NCBI GenBank assembly: GCA_964187785.1
Contig: OZ076409.1
Coordinates: 79,610,001-79,674,000, forward strand
Length of the DNA stretch: 64,000 bases
Origin: Amphiscolops sp. MND2022
Taxonomy: Eukaryota
Direction: 5' to 3'
Shown: one piece after another, positions 14,119-25,300 of the stretch
How positions within the stretch are numbered: position 1 is the first letter of the stretch
Layout of the letters: every line of letters begins with the position of its first letter
Position numbers and translations under genes: made by a program
Notes under the pieces: generated by a model
Databases searched by the model: none
Told to the model about the DNA's origin: nothing
Seen by the model: the letters and a program-made list of their open reading frames with translations, nothing else

Positions 14119-17100
14119 TCACCAAATGAAGCAATCAGTGCAGTTTCTTCGGTAGCCTTCCAGTTGACCCGTCTGAGGGTTCATGAGGGAAGAGAAAACG
14201 GTCAGCTGGTTCAGCACGGGGTCAGTGGATAGGACATTGAACAGGTGTGCTTTGTCAATATCCTCAGCCGAAGATTCGTTCATGCACTTTTGGCCAGGGA
14301 TGCGGCGATTATCTGTAAAAAGGTCGATTTATAAATTTTTACTAAATAGTTATAACTATTTTGTTTTGAAATGGTCAGTTTTGATTCAATCAGGCTTTTG
14401 TCACTTTTGGCTGCTGTTATGTAAAACTGAAGAAATCAAGGCATATTGAAGGGGGCATAAAACTTGAAACGAGGCCGTTTGAGAAAATAAGCACTCGCTG
14501 TCCATAGATTAAAGAAAGAAAAAATTAATTTCAAATCAAATTGAATAGCTCTTATTATGTAACTCTTATGTGTCTTATCAGTTGCTATTGCTTGAATGTT
14601 TTGCCTCATAAATATCATAAAATCTCAGAATGAAAAAGATAGTACCGAAGAAGGGTGGTTTGTTCCAGTGGTCGTAATTGGTCTGCAAAAGATACCATCT
14701 GCCTTCTTCCAAGTTTAGTTGCATTGGTTGCAAACTGTCATTGTGTGCCCGTGTGATCAAATGTCCCTGGTTATGTTCCACTCCACTCACGATGAAGTAG
14801 CAAGGTGCAATGAGTCCTCTGGTGCTCAGCTCATTGACTGCTTCGTCATAGGTGTAGTTTGCCTCCAACACATCCCGTACCAACCAAGTTGCGAAATACA
14901 AGTCCTCCTGTTTCACAATCCAATCGAACAGACCGGCAGGGCCACCGCCTCCTCCAAATACAAACCGCTCGTTCACGGAGACACTAAAAAATTGCAAACT
15001 ATTTTTGATGGAATTTAGAAAGGTTTAGGAAAATTATTCATGAATAATGGATGCCATAGTTGAAACTGCTTGAAACTTTTGCATGATCTCATAGGCTGCC
15101 AAGCACTTTTAGCATGATTTTGGGAGTTTCATATATGGCGAACATGTATTAACTGATAAAGAATTATCGGAAAAACTTTTTATCAATGCTGAATCTAAGC
15201 TAATTTGAGTTCTCATAGTTAGCGTTTCATTCAAAAAACTAATGAATAAGTTTTACTGATGTATGATTTCCTCCAGAAATGAAACTTTCATTGATGTTTT
15301 GAACCATCGCCTACCCTGGTTGGAACTGCTTGAACTTTTTACATGTTTTTAGTCGGCGCCTTTTCCCTTAAGGAAAAAAGCCCGACTCTTACAGTGAGTA
15401 GTTTTTTTTTGTTTTTTTTTCAGTTGACAATCTCACTCTGAGTGGTCCACTTTTCTTACAATTTGTTCATCTTTCATATTTGTTCATCTTCCATCTTCGA
15501 CCCAGCCGGAGTGCGTGGGTTCGATTCTCGCACTAAACCATAAATTTTTTAATGCTTCCAAAAGTACAGGTGAGACCAAAGGGCCCCCCCTTTGGGTTTT
15601 TTTCGGCACTATGCGACTTTTTTCGAAAATTTTTGAAATTTATCAAAGGGTACCCCCTTGCATTTTTTTTGAAATTTTCGGTTTGTAGAAAACGTTGAAT
15701 GAGCCTGAATGGCCTTTTTTTGAGTTTTTCGGCATTTTGCGACTTAAAAAATACTTTTTCTTCGAAAAAAAAATTTCAAAAATAATTTTTTTGAAAATTT
15801 TTTTTTCCAAATTTTTACAATAGTTGTTCCTTGAATATTTTTGAGCCTAAGATATGGCGCCGACTTGGGACGTTCCCGTCTTGTTGTAGGTTACCAAGCT
15901 AATTTTCCATGATTTTATAAAATTCTCAAAGAAATGTCCATGCATTAAATCTTCACTGATTCGATTTAAATTTATCAAGCTGCCTATAAAATGCATCTTA
16001 AATTTGGCGGCAATTCTGCGCCGCGACGTTTTGCAAGTTTCATAAAGACGCCGATCTAATTTTGGAAGCAGCTGAGACCTTAATCAATTTTACCGCGCTT
16101 TCAATGCAAACAAATTTCAGTCACATTATAAGTTTCAAAGTAGCGTCATATTCAGCGTGCTATTTGGCTAATGGTGTTTACACAAGGTAGTTGATTGAGA
16201 TACTTAGGCGTGAAAACAAAGTGATCGCTGCGGTGAAGAAGTGGAAATGTTTTCAGTTTTAATTCAAATAGTGAAGGCTGCATTGTAATCCTACAAAATG
16301 TTTCCATGCACGGTCCCGGAATTTTCCATGTTTTATAAAAAATTAGCCTGCATGTTTCCATGCAGCATGTAAAAAGTTCAAGCAATCTCGACTAGGGTAA
16401 TCATTTACCCTAGTTGAAACTGCTTAAACTTTTTACAAGTTTTTGTAGGTTACCAAGCTAATTTTTCATGAATTTATAAAATTCTCAGGGAGTCTTCCAT
16501 GCAGTAAAATTTCACTGATTCGATTGAATTTTATCAAGCTGCCTAAAAGATGCATCCTAAATTTGGCGGCAATTCCGAGACAAGAAGTTTTGAAAGTTTC
16601 ATTAAGAAGCAATTCTAATTTTGAAAGCAGCTGTGACCTCAATAATTTTACCGCGATTTCAATGCAAATAAACTTCAGTCACATTATAAGTTTCAAAGTA
16701 GCATCATATTCAGCGTGCTATTTGACTAACTGTTATTACATAAGGTACTTACTTTGAGAAACTTACGCGTGAAAGCAAAGTGATCGCGGCAGTGACGAAG
16801 TGGAATTGTTATCAGTTTTAATTGAAATAGTGGAAGCTGCATTGTAATCCTACAAAATTTGTCCATGAGTGCTTTCAGTATTTTCTATGTTTATCAAAAA
16901 TTTAGAATGCATGCATAGATGCAACATGGAAAACTTTCCGGCAGGTTCGACTAGGGTATCCAATTAATTTATCTCCGGGCTCAGTCGAAAGGGCTCAGTC
17001 AAAAGCATAAACTTTGTAGATGATGAAAGATGGTGGAGGTTTGAAAGAGCAGTTTCTCCTGACAACTCAAATCAAAAAATGCTGAAAATAGCTACTTGTG

Positions 17101-18499
17101 TTAATTGGGTAATTCAACACAAAATTTTTTGTCTATGATTCTGCATTTTGTTGGGTAATTCAGAACAAAATTTTCTGGCTTTTGTTCTGCATTTTGTTTT
17201 GAAAATTTTTAAAGCAACCCAAAGACTGGGCAGTATATATATGTGGTGCCTCAACCTGTATTTGCTGGCTTTGACACCAGTGAAAACTCCGACGTATCCG
17301 GCAAAGGTTGTCTGGTTGAACACAGTTTGGTTACCATCCACAACTTGCAAGTTGAACTCCATCTGACGTAGAATCTCACTCACTTTCCACGTGTGGTTCA
17401 CGAAGTCCCATCCCAGGAACAAACCGAAATCCAAGTTGCGGACGTGAAAATGTTCTCCAGTGTTTTTGTTTTCAGCCACAATTGAGGTACAGACGGAAAA
17501 GATTTCATAGAAAATGTTGAATACTATGATCCGGCCCAAACTCACTTGCGTCTTCTCTGCTATGCCAGTTATTTCGTCTCTGGAAAACGGAGTAAAAAAA
17601 CAAATCCTGCCGTGAAATTGAATTTATCGTCTCGGCACATGAAATCGATTACCCTGATCTTCATTGAAAACATTTTAAATTCATGGCCAATTTTGATGAG
17701 TTCATGTATTTCACCGTCTAGTTCACATTATTCTGCTAGAATTCTGTTTTATCATGTAAGAATCCCAGTCGACATTTGCAAAAACACTCAGATTTTGAAT
17801 GGTATTTTTTAGATGTTAATTCAAAAAGCATCAGTTTTTTAGAAATTTTGTGTACCAAACTCACCTGTATGTTTGGGGAAACTTCACAAGTAGCAGTGGG
17901 AAATAGTCATCGACAAACTTGACAATTTTTCCACTGGGATCTATCAGGTCCACCAAATGCATTGCTTGGTTGATCAGAGCTGTGATCTGTTCTTTGTACG
18001 TTCCAGCGATCTCGGACCACCTCTTTGTAGGTTTCACACTCAAGTCCAGTTTGAACCAAGGGAGGTCATACACTTCGTTCGGCGGGTACGCATCAGTCTC
18101 ACATTTCACCTCTGGATCTTCAAAGTCCTCTTCGGTTTTGGAGCAGTACACAAAATGATGCTCCAAAAACGTGACCGCGAATTTCAGGATATGGGCCACA
18201 GCTTCCCGTTTAACCTCTGGACTTTCCGGGATTGTTTTCTCAATTTGACTCATTAGGCCAGAAACTTGGTTTTGGTAAACATCTTTGATGAACGTGCATT
18301 GGTCTTTGGAATCCACGTTGTTGACGGTAGACTCAAGTCTCTCGAAGAAGTCCTCAATTTGATTGGCCAATTCTTGGACATGTGACCTTAACTCATTTTT
18401 CGAGGGGTCCCGCAACTTGTTTGACGAAAAAATTGAATTCGTCCCACAGAACGCGAAGCAGAAAATTGACAAGATAGTTATATCTTTGACAGCTCCCAT
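14119..18499 (-). CDS. ASAH1: Acid ceramidase-like gene, copy B, with extended N-terminus; exons 18499-17865, 17579-17256, 14983-14646, 14312-14119; 496 aa
   Basis: Same motifs as copy A (CTSIVA, HVRNLDFG, VNERF, PCYFIVSG, QTNYDHW, DNRR, CTDCFIW*) and the same three intron positions and phases, all GT-AG. Spliced length is 1491 nt. ATG at 18499 begins a hydrophobic signal peptide. Confidence 0.92.
15314..16397. mobile_element. TA-flanked MITE (CCCT..AGGG termini), copy 1, in intron 2 of ASAH1-like B, interrupted by a Helentron-like repeat
   Basis: ta-CCCTGGTTGGAACTGCTTGAACTTTT ... AAAAGTTCAAGCAATCTCGACTAGGG-ta. Aligns to 16408-16956 once 15349-15884 is removed. Confidence 0.75.
15349..15884 (-). 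mobile_element. Helentron-associated-like repeat inserted in a T-run without target-site duplication
   Basis: Reverse-complement termini of the 12254 family (ttagtcggcgcc ... gcgccgacttgggacgttcccgtcttgt). The empty site acaagtttttgtagg is visible in the adjacent MITE copy. Confidence 0.72.
16408..16956. mobile_element. TA-flanked MITE, copy 2 (tandem with copy 1)
   Basis: ta-CCCTAGTTGAAACTGC ... GCAGGTTCGACTAGGG-ta; colinear with copy 1. Confidence 0.78.
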
Positions 18500-19102
18500 G
18501 TTGAGATGCTGGGAGAAGTGTTGGTGTAAAATCGGTGATACCGATTGCAATCGTCACTTTTTGTCACCTTCAAATGAAGCTTCCTATTTTGTTGATTATT
18601 ATACGTTGTCAATGTTTTTTCTTACGCGTATGAATTCAATATACATTTCAAAGAAAGGTTGTAAATGGCACCTATATAAAATTATGTATCCAATGCAACA
18701 GTATGCGATTCGATGCACGGAACCACGGCTTCCAGACTTTCTATCAAGCACTGTCTATCGAAAGAAAACCATAAATAAAACATCGAATGATGCAAAATGG
18801 GGAAGAAACTATTGTATGGAGCAATATCATTTTATTTATAAAATTTGATGTTGAGTTGAATCTTGTCAGAAGACTTGATTACGTTTTGGGACTTTCTTTG
18901 ATTTGGATTGACTGCAGGGTTTTTGTCAGTTTCATGGAAAAAAAACTTTTTGAGAGTTTCTGATGTTCAATTCTTGACCAAGTCTGAATGTTAAGAGTTT
19001 GATGACACTAATGTCTAAAATCTATTTTCATAATTCCGATTGTTCATCGACGCTGAACAATCTGTTCTGCTTTTCTAAGTTGACACCCTTCCAGATAACT
19101 TC

Positions 19103-19200
19103 GGATATTATTTCATTTTCCTATCTAAATTTTGTCGTAAAAAGTTTTTGTACAAAAACTTTTTACGACAAAATTTAGATAGGAAAATGAAATAATATCC
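19103..19200. repeat. Perfect 98-bp palindrome (no spacer)
   Basis: Arms of 49 nt (ggatattatttcattttcctatctaaattttgtcgtaaaaagtttttgt and its exact reverse complement) centred on GTAC at 19150-19153. Confidence 0.95.
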
Positions 19201-21028
19201 ACGTGGCTTGTTTTTATAATTTCCAACAATTAACAAATCCTTGTTGTATGCTGACTGTAATGAATACGCACTTAGGTTTCAACAAAATAGCGGAGTTTCA
19301 TACGCACGCAATAAATGATGATGATTCTCCACAAGAGAATATCAGTAAGAATGTTTGACCTGAGAACACAAATTGATCGCAAGAAACAAACTATGAAGAT
19401 ACTAGACGAGATTAGCTGTTTGCTCAATGGACGTTTTCGTTTTAGGGGTTACGCGAAATCTCAACAACCATATGACTCCACTAATACTTGTTCTTACCCT
19501 TATCAGAACTTGAACACGTTTGTATGAATCCTGGAAACATACTTTTTTTAATTTCAACAAATAATTTCACGGTTGCCGTAAAGTTCTATTGCGACTCATC
19601 ACGTAAAATGGAGCTCATCAAGTTTTTGTAGTTTTTCAAAATAATTTCTGAGGGAACTTATTAGGGCGATAAAGTTTCTTGATCTCAAGGTCCAATTTTT
19701 GAAAAGTTCTCATGATGAGTTGAGAATAACCGAATGCAAAACATTGAACAAAGAAAAATTAAAAATCACAAGCAATTGTTTCAGTTTTTGTATTCCTACC
19801 CAATATAATTGTACAAATAACAGGTTTTAATGGATGGAATGATTTCAATGCGCCTGCTGGGCACCGGAAAATGTTCCGCCCTGAATTATCCTAGAAGCGA
19901 CTTTTTTCAAGCTTGAGCGCAACTAATGAAGTTATGCCAACGACAAACTTGGAAACCTACCAACCAAGTTATCACATCTTGACTCAAAAGTTCAATTTGT
20001 TCTCAAATCGACGGTTCGACTAATGATGAAGAACATGAAAAAAGAACTTTAATCAGTTTTAGTTTTTAACTTATTTCATCAATTCTAAGAGATCTTGATA
20101 CAACTTTCAAGAAAATTCAAGAACTCGTCTGAACTAAAATTTCAATAAAGTTCACGACCAGATATACAACTTTAGGTTTGAGATGCAAAAAAACAGGATT
20201 GTATCTTTCATATGATGCAGAACAAACGCAGAAACGACTCATGCGCAGACTCAAAAGGCGCAAAGTTTTTCGCAAGTGCACTGGAACGTTGTATCTACAA
20301 AATTTTCTCTGCTAAAAATTATCCTTTCAAAACGGTCTAGGTTCAAAAAAAATTGCTAGCTGAAAACATCGAATATACCAAAGGTCACTCTTTGATTTAA
20401 AAATTTGGAAAAGGTTGCATAGTGCTGAAAAAACCCAAAGAGGGAACCTTGGCCTCATACAGCACTAAATTCAATTAAAATGTAAATTAAAAAACGGGTT
20501 GACTTTTTGGTCTTTGCGGCTGTTTTATTTTATATTGTGGGCAAAAAAAGAAGTGGGTCTTTCAGTGACACCTGGAGAGAAAAACTTACGCCACTGTAAA
20601 AGCGTTTTTTCTTTAAAAGCTTTTCGGCTGAAAACATCGCCACAACTTCTATTGCTACTTGGGCTGTTACCGTGGCGCTAAAAATAAGTTTTAGTTACCT
20701 GGTCTGGACGTATAGCTTTGTTAAATTATGAGGGCTAAATGATCAACTTTTGCTTATGTGATAACACACCGGTGACTTATTTGGATGCAATTCAAAACAC
20801 CCATAAAAGTACATTATCGAAGCGCAAGCAAGCATTCGCTAGAAGCAAACAGGAAATAGTTTGATGAAGGGCAAAGTTTTTGAATTCCACAAATTACAAA
20901 AAGATCGAATGACATGCTATTTTCCGGTCACGATCTTTACACGAACAATCAAAATTTTGTACGAGACATTTTGTTTCATTGATAGCACAGAACGAAGATT
21001 CATGAGTAAAATCATGCTTTGGTCATGC

Positions 21029-21275
21029 TGTTTCGATAAACTTAAGTTTTTATCTTTGTCCTAGAAACGTGGGAAAGATTTTACAAAAGTCAAGGTTGAA
21101 TTGAAATCAACACAATGGAATGATGAGAGTTATGACAAAAGAGTGAATGAAATTTGAAAAGCTGCATGAATAAATGATTCAGCATGTTTATAGTTATTGT
21201 GTATAAATTTGATTCGTCGCATGAAAATATGAGTCAATAAAGTACAAGTTCATTAGAATTTTTAGGGCTTCAACA
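21029..21275 (-). repeat. 3' LTR of Bel/Pao element (247 bp, TGTT...AACA)
   Basis: Direct repeat of 27557-27786 with about 4 substitutions seen by eye. Preceded on the minus strand by the purine tract AAGGCGGGCGGAA (21276-21288, PPT). Confidence 0.92.
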
Positions 21276-22336
21276 TTCCGCCCGCCTTGAAGGAATGAAT
21301 TAATTTCTTCTATATTTCAGATTTGGAATGGCTTCCTTAAGTCATTTGATTCATTTGTGTCAAACTGGCCAGATCGGCGAATTGGGCTGGAGTTCACTGC
21401 CCCGAATAAATGGAAATTCTCGTAGAACGTGGGATGATGTCGGCGCAGAAATTCAAAATAATGGTCTCAGTAAACTATTATATGACGTTTGGGTTAAACA
21501 ACCACTAGTTATTTGCAGTCAACATTTCTTTGAAATAAGTGAAGAATTTCTAAATGCCGTCAGAGGTTGTAAAATTAAAAGACATCTCAGCTCAATTTTC
21601 CGAAAATTAAACTGGATGCTGAAAGTAGGGAAACAAGCAAAATTGAGCCACCCAAGAGTTTTCCAAAGTCATTTGCCAGTCATAATTGGCATTGAATGAA
21701 TAATTCAAGCTGGAAATACTCGAGTTTGATGTAATATTTGTAAATCTTTAAGAATACGTCGCATATTGCTTGTTGCCGCCAGAGCAGAACAAGACTTTCG
21801 CGGTCGGGTGCCAGAGGATGTTCTGCTTCTAAGAGTGAAAACACTGAGCAAAATTTTAAAGATTCTGCCGAGAAAGATAAGTCAATGTGACTTGAAAGTG
21901 AGTCGATTCTATCGAATGGGAAATTTTTTCTATCAAGTTGTCTAAATTTAAAGGATGAATAAATAACAATAAGACTGCAATCGGTGATATATGTACGGTG
22001 GTAATCCGTAGAAGCTGTAGGAATCATTCCGTATCAATAAAAATGGTAAATCAAGCTGATAATTGAATTTAAAGTCGCCTAATGTATATGAAAAGGTGCA
22101 GTAAAGTGTAAATTTTCCAAAAATTTGCCTTTTTTTAAAAGGTCCTCGTAAAAAGTACCATGGCCAGTAGTAAGCTGGTTGCATGCACTTTCGATGTTCG
22201 GAGCGATTTTTTTGATTTTCGACCAAAATTGTTGATATTTGGGGGTTTTCCTGGGGGTAGTTATGATGAATCCAAGAGATAATTTTCGGAAGTTTCGACG
22301 TTCCAGAAAATTGAGATAAATGTAAATTTCGACCAT

Positions 22337-25300
22337 CTAGTGAGATGAGTCGTCGACTGGGAGCTTCCTGAGCTTCACCACTGGTCGGATGATATCGCCA
22401 GAGGTCGTTTTGAGTTTTGCGACTCTGTTCACTTGATCATTTCCTGAGTACAATTGGGTGATTCTCGCCATTTTCCATCTTAGTGGTGGCAAATTGTCTT
22501 CTGCGATTAAAACTAGGTCACCAACGTTGAAATTAGGACCGGATTGAAGCCATCGTTTCCGTATTTGAAGGGTCACCAAGTAGTCTCTGTACCAGGCTTT
22601 CCAGAATTGTCGTTTGGAGGCTTCAAGTAACTTTAGTCTTTGTCCCAAGGAAATGGAATCAGAGTTCGTCACCATGGACAGATCTCTTGAAGCTCTCCTT
22701 AGTAGAAAGTGAGCAGGAGTTACTGGCTGAAGATCGTTCGGGTCATTAGACATAGCTGAAAGTGGTCTCGAGTTCAAGATCGCTTCAATTTGTATCACCA
22801 AGGTATTGAGTTCTTCGAAGGATAGTATTTGAAGACCAACAGTGCGACGTAGATGGCGTTTCATGCTCTTCACTGCGGCTTCCCAAAGTCCTCCAAAATG
22901 GGGAGATCGAGGAGGTATTGTTTCCCATTCGATTACTTCTTGAGTTATGAAAGTGGCAATTGAGCTATCATTGCATTCTAGAGCGAGAATTTCTTGTGCA
23001 TTGATAATGTCGTTTCTGGCTCCTATGAAAATCGTTCCGTTATCACTGAGGATTTTCGAAGGTGAACCTCGCCTTGCAACGAATCGCTTGAGTGCCGAGA
23101 TACATGCTTCTTTTGTCAAATCAGCCACCAATTCAATGTGAACTGCCTTGACCACCAATCCAACGAAGATTGCAATGTAAGTCTTGACTCCCGGCTTAGT
23201 GTAGATTGGCCCGGCTAAATCCAAGCCACATGTTTGGAACGGTTTTGCGGGGGTAATCCGTTCTGCTGGAAGATCAGCCATGAGTTGTAACGGTATCTTG
23301 TTCTCAAATCGACTGCATTTGATGCACTGTTTGATGACCTTTTTGACCAAGACTTTGGCAGTTGGGATCCAGAATTCTTCTCTGCTGGAGTTGACTGTTA
23401 ATTCCGCCCCTCCATGGAGCGTAGCTTCATGATAATGTAGAAGTATCAAGTGGGCCAGTCTTGATTTTTGACTCACGAGTAGTGGAAACTTCTTCAATTC
23501 TCGAAACTGTCCTTGCGATAGTCTTCCACCTACTCGAATCGTGCTGCTTTCAATGTCATAGAAAGGTGTTAGATTCAAGATTTTACTTTGTCGAGGTAAT
23601 GCTTTTCCTGCGTTTAGGACTGCGAATTCATCTGCAAAATATTCCAATTGATTTTGGCGTACCAGTGTCCATTTAGCGGTTTCTAGGCATTCTGCTGTTA
23701 TGAACGATTTAGTATTTACTCTTCTAAGTTTGTCAAGAGCAATCTGTACTGTTGCAACTACGCGAATCAAGCTTGTGAAACTAGAGAACTTTTCTGGCTG
23801 AAAAATTGGAGCGTGTTGAACTACTGCATTCGATTGAAGGGTGATTGTTGTGGAATGAGACGTTTTTTGCTTTCTGTGATCTCTTACCTCAGATGGTTCC
23901 ATCAGTTGTATTTGAGATTTCGGCCACTTCTCTTGTGGTTTCTGTAACCAGGCGGGACCATTCCACCACAAAGATGATGATTTCAGTATTTCGAGTGTTG
24001 TGCCTCGAGATGAACAATCTGCTGGGTTACTGGATGAGGGGACATGATTCCAGTTTGACCTTGGCAAAACTTGTTGTACCTCTGAGACACGATTAGCAAC
24101 AAATGTTGTCCATGTTCGTGGTAATTGTGCTAACCATTGCAATACAATTGTGGAATCTGTCCATCCGAATATCTGTTGTTGCGGTAAAGATGTCAGCATC
24201 ATGATTTCCTTTACCTTAGTTAGAAGTTTCGCCTCAAGATGAGCTCCACAGAGTTCCAGACGTGGTAATGACACTGTTTTTATCGGCGTCACGCGGTTTT
24301 TCCCAGCAATGATGTTGACAGAGACAAAACCTTCTGCGTCGACTATCCGTGCGTAGATGACAGCAGCGTAGGCGCTTTCTGAGGCATCCGTGAATAGATG
24401 CAGCTGAATTTCTTCGACCTTTGCGGGAGGAAGGATGCATCTTTTCAATGTGAATGTGTGTAGCGTCGCCAAATCTGTCTTCATGTCACACCATTGCTGT
24501 TGGATGTCATCTGGAAGAGTTTCGTCCCACTCTATTCCACGTATCCAAAGTTTCTGAAGGATTATTTTGAATTGTATTATGATTGGTCCAAACCAGCCGA
24601 TGGGGTCGAAGAGCTTCGCTGTCTCTGACAGCAAATCTCGCATAGTGAGTTTTGTTTCCTGGTTGAATTTCGTGTGGAAGCAAAATATGTCTGTGTTCGG
24701 CATCCAAGAAATGCCCAAAGTTTTGATTTTGTAGTTTTCATCCATGAACTTTACTTGATCTTCATTCTCACGCAGTGGTTCTGGGAAGGATGAAATGATT
24801 TTGTGATGGCTAGAACTCCATTTGCGCAATTCAAAACCATGCTTTTTGAGCTGCTGGCAAATTTGTTCAACTTTGTTATGAGCTTCCGGTATTGAATCTG
24901 CGCCAGAAAGATAATCGTCAACGTAGAAGTCCTGTTTGATAGATTTTTGCAGTGATTCGTCTTTACATCGATTAGCAACTTCTACTAGTGATCGTGTGGA
25001 ATGGAAAGCTGAGGATGCTATTCCATATGTTACCCTCGTCATTCGATATTGTTTAATTGGCTCCTCCGGTGAGTCTCTCCAAAGTATACGATGAAAATCT
25101 TTTGCGCAATGACTCAGTGCTATTTGACTGTACATTTTGGCAATGTCTCCCGAAAAAGCAACTTTATGAGTTCGAAATCTGATGAGAATTGAAAATAGAT
25201 CCTCTTGTACAGTTGGTCCCACCATGAGTGATCCATTGAGTGAGATTCCATTGCTTGATTTGGCTGATCCATCGAAAACTACTCTCAGCTTTGTTGTAGT

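Noticed and set aside
18500..18550. Upstream TTG start for ceramidase B given in the ORF track
   Set aside because: ATG 18499 directly begins the signal peptide and is the plausible eukaryotic start.
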